Assembly: GCF_052425735.1 (NCBI RefSeq)
Contig: NC_135759.1
Coordinates: 29,388,001-29,452,000, forward strand
Source: Oculina patagonica
Lineage: Eukaryota
Length of the DNA stretch: 64,000 nt
Direction of reading: 5' to 3'
Under the pieces are notes generated by a model. It made no database searches and had not been told where the DNA came from. It saw only the letters and a list, made by a program, of their open reading frames with translations. The translations under genes were made by a program, and so were the position numbers. This document shows positions 48,693 through 60,200 of this stretch, in pieces (position 1 is the stretch's first letter; each line of letters begins with the position of its first letter).

Positions 48693-51600
48693 ATGATTTT
48701 GGCTGATGACTTATTAGCCATCTATATTTCTGCCGGTTTGGCTGGATTTCTTGTACTATTGTGGTGCTGCGCCATGATCGCGTGTAGAGGGCCATGCCGA
48801 TCCTTTGAGGAGCCAGTGAAATCGCCATTTGACATGTACATGGATCCAGCGTCGAGAAACACGGCTTTACGAAACAAATACGACGTATATCAGTACCACC
48901 TAATGGTAAGTCATGAATTTTGGCTATTTAATCGCTTATTACCCCTAAAACACAAAAGCCTTCTGTAATGTCTCAACTTTACCTACGGTCATATACTTTT
49001 GGTTGAGAACATGAAATGTCTATTTCACGATAATAAAGTCGCTTTCAATCTGATATAACATTTTGAATTTTTCACTCAACGTGTTGTTATTTTAGACGGC
49101 ATTTTCAGACGAGAAAATGCAAATTTGTGGTGAAGAGAAGGCGCTGTCAAATTTTTTCCGGAGGAAATATTAAAGCAATAATTGTAGAAGAACGTTACGA
49201 GAAAATCACACCTACAGAAACTGAAAATCGTATGGAAATGCAGGCGTATATTAACTGCGGATGAAAAGTCAAGCTTTGCGATGATGCAGACTCCACCGGA
49301 AACCGTTCATGTTTTTATATTACAATCCAAGCGTAACATCGCTCGAAAAATTGTTTCCATTTAAATGCAAATGAGCTGTGTGGAGAGCAGAAAGGCTCAC
49401 CAACTGTTTGCTCAACACAGTAGAAGCTAGTAGAGTTCAACAAGACTAAAATGCCATTTTTAAATTGTGTTCTCACTCTTTGACCCTGGTTTAGGAATTA
49501 GGTTACCTAATCAGGGGAGCATTTTGTTTCGTCTGTATAACGTGCTCCAATTTGTGAATGACTAGTTACGATTTACGAATGGTCGTATTTAGTGAAATAA
49601 AATGAAGTCCTACGGAAATCAACATATTGACCCGTATTGTCTCTTTTTTTTTATCGTGATACACCTGGTAGACTCCTGGGGTAGACTTCGCTGGTCTCGG
49701 TAGAACAATGTAACTTGTAGCATGGAAAATCATTCAATACTTTTCCACCTATCATTCCCCTCATTTTTTTTTTCAGTGATGAAGAGCTGTTTTTTTTTAA
49801 AAATCACGTTTTAAAAAACAAGGGGATATTTATGGGGTGCTGTTACCGCCAAAATTCAGCCCTCTCAATTTTGTAAATGATACCTTTATTTTAAAAAATA
49901 ATTTGCCTCGATTTTTGCTACAGTTTCAGCGTTCAACGCACAACTAATATACCGTGTAAACGTATCTAAGAAAACATCGATCCAGGCTTAAATTAAAAGG
50001 ATAAATATTATAGCTGTCATAAAACAGAAAATATAGATGATTGAAGTAATACATAAATTCATACAGGCATAATACAATGACATCAATGATATATTGGTTT
50101 GCGTTTCTGCCCCTGTAATAAAACTAAGTTGGGTTATCCCAATCTTGCCGTTCTCAGACTTCTCAGTGCAATATAAATTTAAATAGTGGAATTAACTAAT
50201 TTTAAAGGTCTCCTGAAAAGAATGTCAGTAACGAATGAAATGGTATTAAAAGGTAGTCATTTTTAATGTCTTACTGAGGTTTTTTTGAAAACGAAATAAC
50301 AGTACACTGACAGTAAGACGTAGAAAGTCCGGCAGGTTGGCGAGACAAGGTCATACATACAATAAACAAACAAACAAACCCCAAGTGGTTTACTGTTAAT
50401 CCGAGTGTAAGTCTGAGAAATGTAATTAAGTGTTTTACGTCCGTGAGTTACTATTGATGTATAAATATACCAGAACAGTTTATTCCCTGTAAACGTTTCT
50501 GAATGCGATGGTAATTACCAGGGGGGTGGCAGCGAGGTCTGGGACGAGTTTCGATGATCGCCCCAGTAAAGAAATATGGCCGAGTGGGACTAAGTACCGG
50601 TTTGATTGAAAAAAAGATGGCGGAAGTTTATGGCGGACGGTCGTTTGCGAAGGTCATAATGTTTCGAGAACTGTTTCCACGTTCGAACATCCAGGGGTCG
50701 TAAGCACATCTATTCGATAGAAGATCACAGGTGAAATTTACGCCGCACCGGCGAACGGGACCACCACTGCGTTTTTACATCCAGTGAAGACCGAAATCTC
50801 ACAGAGAATTTTTAGTAATTGTTTCATACACTGGATAGCTGAACGATCTTTTCTGGACTAGTCGCGGTGGGAGCCGCAGTTCTGTAGACAATCAGCTGTG
50901 GGGTCCGAGACTTTGCTATCACCTTGGGAGACTGCAGAGGTGTTGGTAGATGCCATCTACTAGTGACCAGGGAGGAAAAAATTTGAGGGGAAATTAGCGA
51001 TCTGTGCTACAAATACTGTATTTGCAAGGATCTGCCCTCAAATGTACTGTACCTGTAAAGAGACACTGATGGACCCTTGAGACACTAACTCTCCCACCTC
51101 CAAAGAATATTCTACTCCCATCAGTAATCTTCTCTGACAAAAGTAAAAAAAAATTTGCCCAGTTCTCCTAGCAGGAGGGACCACTCCACAGACAAGGGAA
51201 GTGATGACCTAGAACCACGTACGCACTTCTAGAGGAAAAATGAATTTAAAGAGGTTTCGAGGGGGCCCGAGGGGATGGGAGACGGGTCAGATATAGGGCT
51301 TTTTCAGTGTGAAGTGTTTATAAGAAAGCCACCACCTTAGTACCCCCACAAGTTACCAAAAACCTTTTGGAGAAATGACGTAAAGAGAAAAAAAACTTAA
51401 GGCCAATGAAGACCCTATTTATTAATATTGCGAACAGAAAGGAAAAAAAAAAGTTGGGCACGGGATGGAGTCGGTCGAGAAACTTCGTTAGAAAGTTGGC
51501 CGGACGAGGAACTACTGCGCACCCCGAGCAGACCGAATCACTGCCCCTCTTCTAACCTAAAACAGAGGACCAGACCAGAAGCCACAAAAAATATAACGGG

Positions 51601-52544
51601 AAGTAAACGGCAATAACCAACAGCGAATTCGTTTTCTACAGTCAACCGACACGCGACGCCATGTTGTTGTTTTTTTGCCAAGGCATTGTGCGCATGCTCC
51701 GTACGGTTCTCGAATGATGACAGATTTCAACTGGGGCGATCATCGAAAGCAGAAAAGCGGTAAGATCAAAGATAGCTGCCAGCCCCCCCTGGTAATTACT
51801 GTAGACCATCAACAATCCCCCCCCCCCCCCCCCCCCCCCTTACCCTAAGCACTCAGTCTTTGCATAAAACGGCCATATGATACAAAATCCGCCTTGTTGA
51901 ATGGCAAAAGGAATGTGACAGCCTCTAAAACAAATGCGACTTTAACCAGTTTAGCTTGACTTTTCTTTGTTTTGGGTGTCCCAGTGATTGCCATCCAGCA
52001 TGACGAATTTTGTACCATTTGAAAGTTTTATGCGGGTAAAGGCCCATTTATATAACTCGTTATATTTATGTCACCTGGGACGCGCAATGAGTGCCGGATG
52101 AACAAGATGTTACCGGTAGGTCGTGTTCAGTCCAGCTGTTTATCCATGACGTCATGCAAGAGAAAATATCCTCTTGCACCATGTCACTCTGAATTCACCT
52201 GTTTATGCAAGCTAAAGAATGATATTTCCACCACAATTTTTCTTTAGACGCCAAGAACACCAATTGAGCGCCACAAGGTAGTGGTTCCCACACCGCCCAC
52301 CCAGCCGCTGGCCGAGCCAAGCGCACCAGCCGCTGCATTTGATTTTGGAGCTGTGTTGAGAATGCAAGCCGAGGAAAGGGCGCATGTTCAAGGAAGGGAT
52401 CGCCATGTTAGAGACCCGCTATTAAAGAAAGAACAAGGAGATTCTTCACCTGATATAAACAATGTCGAGCCAAAGAAAGTGAATAGGATTACGGTAGATA
52501 TTGAAAGCACTGACCAGCCTCTGATACATGACAGTAGCGTTTAG
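48693..52544 (+). CDS. Single-pass (type III) membrane protein, 169 aa, with Pro-rich tail and C-terminal PDZ-type motif
   Basis: Exon 48693-48905 (MILADDLLAIYISAGLAGFLVLLWCCAMIACRGPC...YQYHLM|GTAAGT, phase 0) joins in frame to exon 52248-52544 (TTTTCTTTAG|TPRTPIERH...IHDSSV*). An alternative acceptor lies at 49096. Confidence 0.7.
50518..51792. mobile_element. Non-autonomous DNA transposon in an intron
   Basis: TIR CCAGGGGGGTGGCAGC / GCTGCCAGCCCCCCCTGG flanked by TAATTA on both sides; subterminal inverted TTTCGATGATCGCCCCAGT. Confidence 0.75.
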
Positions 52545-54223
52545 TTTCTAACACTAAAAGAAGATGAATGTGGCGAGACACAAAAAGGATGACAGTTTCT
52601 TAGATGCTTGCAGTCAAGTATTAAAATTGCCGCCGGCGATGAAGTGGCAATTCGTGCAAAAATGGACGGGGCAGACAGTTTAAATTGAATAATTTATGAC
52701 TTTCAGTGTCTTTTGTTCACTGTCAGGGATCATTCTACGGAAGCCTATGGCTTTCTATTATAAAAGGATAACAACAGTGACTGAAAATTGCCTTCCACCA
52801 ACTAAGTACCTTTTAGATCCCCCTAAGTCGATAGAAAGTTTTGTTCATTTAGTGTACAGTAACTGGGTCAAAACTGTATTGTCATAGAACTTTTGAATGT
52901 GTTCCTTCCTGTTTATTCAAACCTAGAACCTACTCAGTCTACACATAATATGCCGAGCGAACTAATAGTTTGTGTCACTTAGTAAGGAACATAGAAGGTA
53001 TGCGATCGGTGATGCAACAACTAACTTCATAAATCACAAAGCAGCAGTGGTGTGCTATCACTTTGAATATTTGAAACCCTTGGCAATTACAATAGAATTC
53101 CGATTTCTCGAATCCTCAAATTTTCGAACCTCCCATAAACTTAAACCAAAAGTTCCATTGGATTTGCTTCACTCTGAGATGAACACTGCAATTTTATCCC
53201 CTGCCGATTTCTCGAAACAAATCTCGTATCCTTTAGAGGCTCGGGAAATCGGAATATCCGGGCCACTGTAGTCACTAAATGCAAGTTTGCAAATACTATA
53301 ATTAAATGAGCACGTGCTTCGTACAGGTCAATTGGTGTTAGCTAGCTAGTCGTGCTCGAACGTTGGCAATAAGTACAAACAAGTTGTAAAGAGCACGCGG
53401 GTAAAAGCTAAAAGCGCTGTCCAAAATAAAATGTGTTTAGGCGTGTCTTAATTTGAGTCATAACATTACTCACAAGGTACACAAAATTAATATAAAACAA
53501 CTAAAGGTGTTATCGCAAACTATGGGAAGATTTTTAATTTATTAAACTCAACTCTCTGTATACGATGTGGCAAAATATCATATATCGGCGAAAGGAAATT
53601 TGAAAGAGATGTTGTGAAACAATGGAATTATAGCTGGATGAAAATCTTCCAGATACTTCCACTTTCTCTTTTTCTCCCTTTCATTAAGACCATTCCACCC
53701 TCTTCTCAAAGGAAAAACCTGGACTGGCTTTACCCCACAATGGGGATAGGCCAAGGCCGGGTTTAGATTTCCAGGCCATGGACACGGATAGAATGTTAGG
53801 TCATGTCTGTCCCTACCGTGTAAGGCAGTGTAAGTTTGAATTCTATATGAAAAATGAAACCTCCAGTTTTATGGCATTTTTTTTTCTTTATAAGTGATGT
53901 TAGTAATGAATAAGTCAAGTTACAGGTTATGTGGAATTTAATTTGTTTTGTTTCATTTGTGCTACAGAAAGCGAAGTGACCTTACCTTTCCATCCTCGAC
54001 GTAAGGAGCAGATAAGACTTAAGCTACTAATTTTTTGTGTAACATGTAAGAGCTACTGTACATCAACACCGACGAAGTCGTGAAGGTTTTTTCTTTTTAA
54101 GAACTTAAGTGGGATCTTTGGTGGACATCCGCCCAAACTTGAATGTTTTGGGCGGAGAGTCTGTTTTGACAAGTGCCAGCTGTAACTATATGAAGCCTGT
54201 CTATGCAGCTACGTAAGAGTTGT

Positions 54224-57200
54224 TCAGTTATCAGATCCTGCAAGCCTTATAAACAGCTTAAGTCCCATTGGGCGGGTTGTCAACACTGGTACCGCTTTAA
54301 CTGTACATCCGGGAGCCTCGCTGAAAGAGAACGTCTTCAACAAAGTCGCCAACATCACTTTCATCTCCATCATAGCAAACTTGTTGCCAACACAAGTACG
54401 CGAGCCAACCCCAAAGGGAAAGTACGAGAAAGGCTGCACACTTGTTCCGCCATCTATAAAATTTTGACAAAATCAAATTAGTTAACAGGTTGGCATAGCG
54501 CAAAAAGTGGAGAAGCACCGACCCATCTGGCCCCCTATTCCCGAGGCCCTGTTTTCATCTAGTGGAACTTTGCGGGCACAAGGATTTAGAACAGCGCCTT
54601 TTTGGTAGCATGACTAAAGCAAGTGAAACTGGACGATAATGCTTTCCCCTTTAAATTACTTATGTGTATCGACGTGTATATTCGCCACCTTCTCAGCTCT
54701 CCTACTGCCTCTACAAACGTTAAAGAAGGGTCTCAATGGGGTGGTGGCTTTTACGGTTAACGGTTAAATTTTTGGCTTTTTTACGTCTAACGGTTAATTT
54801 ATTTCCATAACGGTTAACCGAAGTTAAAAGTTAATTTTCATTGTTTTAAAAAGTTAAAAATTAATTTCCATGATTGAAAAACATTTTTAGGTCTCAGAGC
54901 CATTCTGGGACGATAAGTGAACTAGTTTGGTTTTTTATATTGCTGGCCGATTTTTTACGGTTAACATATCTTACGGCTAACGGTTAAAATTTTCAATTTT
55001 TACGCCTAACGGCTAAATTTTTGGCCGTTTTACGGCTAACGGTTAACCCCATTGAGACCCTCTTAAAGGAGCTCCGTGACAAGGACTTCGTTGTTTTTTG
55101 GCCTTAACTGTTCTGAAATTAGTAGTAAGCAACTCGACCCATGAAAAACATTGTCTTTGAACAGCTAAAGTAAGATATAACTAATTTGCAGACAGAAATC
55201 AAACTACGCGAAAACAACTTGAAAAGTTTAGCCTCAATTTTTCAAGTAATCCATTTCCATTCTAGCCATCCGCAGTCAAAGATGCTTGTTAACAGTTTCA
55301 GTGCTTTCATATAAATTTTCATTGTTAAGAAATATAGACCATTATTTTTAGGTTTCCTACGACACAAACAAGTATATTTCGGCTGTTCAAAAATATATTA
55401 AAATCCGTGACAAAGCCTCTTAAAGCCCCTCAGTTCACCTTAATTCCTCGCGAAGCGAGGCCGAAGGCCGAGCGTAGCGGGGTGTATAATTTTGTCCCTC
55501 AAAGGGATCAGGCGGGATGAAATCTCGTGTGGAGTTTACGGTCATATATATTTAACAATTATTCGCCGAAGGCGAAGTGATTATTGTTGAATAATCCCCG
55601 AGACGAAGTCGAGGGGATTATTCAACAATAATCACTGAGCCTGAGGTGAATAATTGTTTTAGTATAATTTTCAGAGGTGAATATCAACAACTGCAAAATA
55701 ACAATAGAAAACACGAAAACAACAAACACAAGTGCTCGCTTGCATACGTGTAAACCAGTTTAATTCATCGATTGAAACCGTTATTTACACTAAAGTTTTA
55801 GCAATAAAACGGAACAAAACGAACACTACGAAAAAGTTATATATCTGGTACCTTTGTTTAATCGTTGGTGACTTCTGAGCAATTGTGTGAATCCTCTCGG
55901 AATTACTAGCTAGGGTGAGAAGAGAACTAAATAATGTTTTGACAGTTGATCTGACTGAGTACATGGCCGCCGTGCGATCTCCAAAACCATCATGTTTACA
56001 CTTTACGATCAATTCTAATGCCTTGAAAACCATCTCTTGAAAGTATTTTCGGTCCAAAAGGCTTGGTAGTTACTTTGAAAAATTCCCAATGTTTCAAATA
56101 TCCAGGACTTGGAGGGATTTCTTTTAAATGAGAGAAATTTTCATTCAGCAAATGCCGCCATGTTCACTGGCCTGGATGGCAAACGTGGCATGGCTTAGTA
56201 GCCAAACCTTCAGATGCAATATTCACCGCCTAGCGCGGTGAATATTGCGACATAGTCCGAGCTTCTCGACCAATCAGAATTGAATTTACCTCTGCAAATT
56301 ATACTAATTATATATATATTTGTGAGCTTGGTGTGTGGCGTAAATGACGTCACACGGCCGCCGCGCGCTGGTGGCCTAATGGTAAGGCGTCGAACTTGAA
56401 ATCAGATCTTCGGACCTGAGGTCGGGGGTTCGAATCCGGCTAGGGTTTTTTTTTTCTTTTTTTTTTCTTTTTTTTTTGTGGGTTCGAATCCTGAGCCTTT
56501 CATTTTTATCGTTTTTCTTTTCGGATTAAAATAACATTGATTTCCACATAATACTCCCTCAACGCCAATAAACCTTTCATCGCCATCAGGGGCGCGCGGG
56601 CGGAGGCTTCGAATCCTCCTGCCGTTCGTTCTTCTTTTTTTTTTATGCCATCAAATAAATGTCCAAAATGCGACAATCCAATAATTTGTCGATGATTTTG
56701 AAAATAGCCTGCGCTTCCCAACGCTTTATACCTCTTTACGAACCAGAAAAAGCCACCATCTTTAAAGCGGAATAGACCCTGGGAACGAGGGTGTCGCGGC
56801 CATGCCCGTTAAAATAAAATTTCTAACAAATATATCTTTCTGCCTACTGTGGAAAATTGAATATGTACAATTCAATTAATGTTCAACTTCAAATAATCCA
56901 CTCCTTATTTATAACACCCCCCCCCCCCCCTCCCCAACCCAGAGCTTCGCGAGGCCCTGCGAGTCACGTATGACTAGTTAAATATTATGCCCTACCGTCC
57001 ATGATTTCGATCACAAGCTGCGCAAGCCTCCTTTATTTAGCTCAGAACTAAATTAACAGAAAGTGATACCTTTTTCCTCGAATCTTCCAGGATCAAAGTC
57101 TTCAGGATTTGGCCAATGTTGAGAAACACGCTGCAATGAATCGATGGGCAGTAAAATATCTGTCCCCTTAGGGATAAGATATCCCCCAACAATTTCATCA

Positions 57201-60200
57201 GCGATTGGAGTGCGGCCAGTCAAGTAAGCTGGGGGATGGAGTCGCATAGATTCCTTGATTGTATTTTCAAGGTACTTGAGTTCTTCAACCTTGTTCCATG
57301 TCAAATCATTGTCATCACAGAGCACTTTGTTTGTTTCTGCTCTCACCTTTGCCTGGATGTGAGGATTCTTTGCCAATTCATAGAGAGTCCAGGCCAGAGC
57401 TACACTGGTGGTCTCATGGCCAGCCACCATGAAAGTAAACACCTTAAAGAAAGTCAGTAGTGTAAGCCATTTGCTTACTGGACAAACCATAGCCTGCGTA
57501 GCAAGCGTGGAAAGGGGAGGAAGGGGGAGTTGGCCACGCAGGCTAGACAAACCATTACACCAGAACACAAACAGAACACACTCGCATGTATGTTGTTATT
57601 CAAAGGCTCAACTGATTTTTCTTGATTTTCAAGTGGCCTAAAAGTACAAAAATTTTCCATAACAATTGAGCAGTTGTTGAATCGGCTTCCCTCCAGTTGT
57701 TGACTTCAAGCTCATAGAAAACTCGGGCCTGTAGTCTAATTGTTAAATAGAATAGCATCCAATCTAGGGGGAGTAGCAATATTCCTTTTTGTCATTACAT
57801 TCTACGGAAACCAGGATAAGTTTATTTACGAAGTACAGTACCTGAGATCTTAATTCCTCATCATCCATTTTCGAGTCTGTTTCCTCATCATACATGTCCA
57901 TCAGGAGATCAAGAAGATCTTTCTTTTGTTTTACATTCCCAGACTTCCTCTCTTTACGACGCTCCTGGATTACCTTTAAATAGAACCATGAATTCCAAAT
58001 TACCTAATTACCTCGGAACTTAATTGTTTGTAACATTAATCATAACATTTTATCTCTTATGCTATATAACAGGGGGTGCAGGGATGGCTTATGGTTAGCG
58101 CGCTCGACTCCGAGTCGAACGGCCCGGGTTCGAGGCCTGGCCGGGGCGCTGCGTTCTGTTCTTGGGCAAGACACTTTACTCTCACAGTGCCTCTCTCCAC
58201 CCAGGTGTATAAATGGGTACCGGCGAATTTAATGCTGGGGGGAATTCCTGCGATGGACTAGCATCCCATCCAGGGGGGAGAATTAATACTCCTAGTCGCA
58301 TAATGCTACGGAAACCGGGATAAGCTCCGGCTGTATGCGCCTCATGGCTCGGAGACAGACTTTACAGGGATGGTGTAGTGGTGAGAGTGCTTGACTCCCA
58401 CCTGTGTGGCCTGGGTTTGATTCCCAGACCTGGCATCATTAATGTTGTTGGTTGTTGTCCTTGCTCTGAGGGTTTTTCTATGGGTTCTCTAGTTTTCCTC
58501 CCTCCTGAAAAACCAACATTTCCAAATTCCAATTCGACCTGAATAGAGCGCCTGCAGAGCTGATGTGACTTCCTCTCTCAATAATATATAGCAATTTATT
58601 AATATTGACTATAATATACTAGTTTTCAACAATTGTCAGAACTATACAAAACTTTTTTTTTCATCTCACAGCTAATCACTTAAACTAAGATTTCTAATTT
58701 TCATGCAGTATTAGAGTTAGTTAATTAATTGTTAGCTTTCTACCAGATTTACAGCTATATTTTTTTGCCGTAAAGTAAATTATCTCTTACATTTGAGTGT
58801 CTCGTAAAATGGATCATCCATATGCATATGTATAATTATCATACATACTTCAAGTACTGTGTTGTCAGCTATTTCTGTAGCCTCCTTGATTCTTCTATTT
58901 TCAGCAATTGGCAGGAACTCAAAAAAAGGAATCAAGGACTTGCATATCACATATCTAACGCTCATTCCACCCATGACAGCACCGACTGCTTCAGAGACTT
59001 TGCTCTCTCCTGCCAGCACAGTGTTAAAGTTGTAACCAAATGCAGATTGACCAATAACATCTAGGGTAAGGTGTGTTAAGTCAGCATGAACTGCGACAGG
59101 ATCCTGTAGCTTGTTTGACCACACCTACATTTTGACAAATATTATGCACAGTTAAAAAATTTTAAGTGTGAAGTTAGAAATAAAAAACAAATTGTGTAAT
59201 AATGTGTAAAAAATTTAGGACATTTCATTGACTACAGTTTAAGAGCAACCCTCCAAGTTAAGACAATTTTAGTCGCCATGGCAACTAACATTTTGGAGCT
59301 GGCAACTAAATATAAACCGAGAAGAAGGATTGAAAGAGTGAGCTTAATTTAGGAACTAAAATATTTCACTGGTGACCAATCGGTGGCCAAATGGCCACTA
59401 AGGAAAAAAAAAAGGCTTGGAGGGTTATTTAACTTAAAATTAATGTTTAAAATTAAGAACAATTTCGCACATTTTGTTGACAATCTGGTACACTCATAAA
59501 GAAAAATCTCACAAAAGTAATTATTCGTTAACTGCTTTTTCAAAATTAATTTAATTACCTTTACAAGATTTTGAACATTTTCTGTAAAGATTCCCAAAAA
59601 TTCCTTCAAGTTCTTAGTGCTAAATGCAGGGCCAATCATCCTTTTCTGACGAGAATGGACTTTGCCATTTGAAGCAAACAAGCCATTGCCAATACTTGGA
59701 ATGTTTCTTTTGACAAAGTCTGGTCTGTAAAACTTGTGCCCATTGACTGCTACATATCTGATTAACTCAGGATCTGCTAGATACACTGCATAACCACCTA
59801 AAAAAAGCAAATGTATGAGTATTACTTAAAATGATTTTAAACTACCGACAGTCTGATTTGTATTTCTTTGTTGTTTAAGAAGATTAAACATTAACATGTC
59901 AATCTGAAACCATGAAAAATATAAATAAAACTTGTTAAATTATAGCATTTGAAAACAGTGTAATTGTAGTCAAGGGATGACATAGTTTGTTAAAGGTTTG
60001 TCGCTGACTGTGTTTTGATGTTATTTTTTAAAATTATTATCTTGTGAAGGTAATTTCTGGTGTTGGTTTCTGTAACAATTTATCTTTTACGGGGTGGCCC
60101 TTCACCCTAGACCTATCCAGCATGGTTGAACTTGCCGAAAGCACAAGGCCTCCGCTGGCATAGCTCCAGAGGTCCTAAAGGCGCGCAAGCTACCACACCA

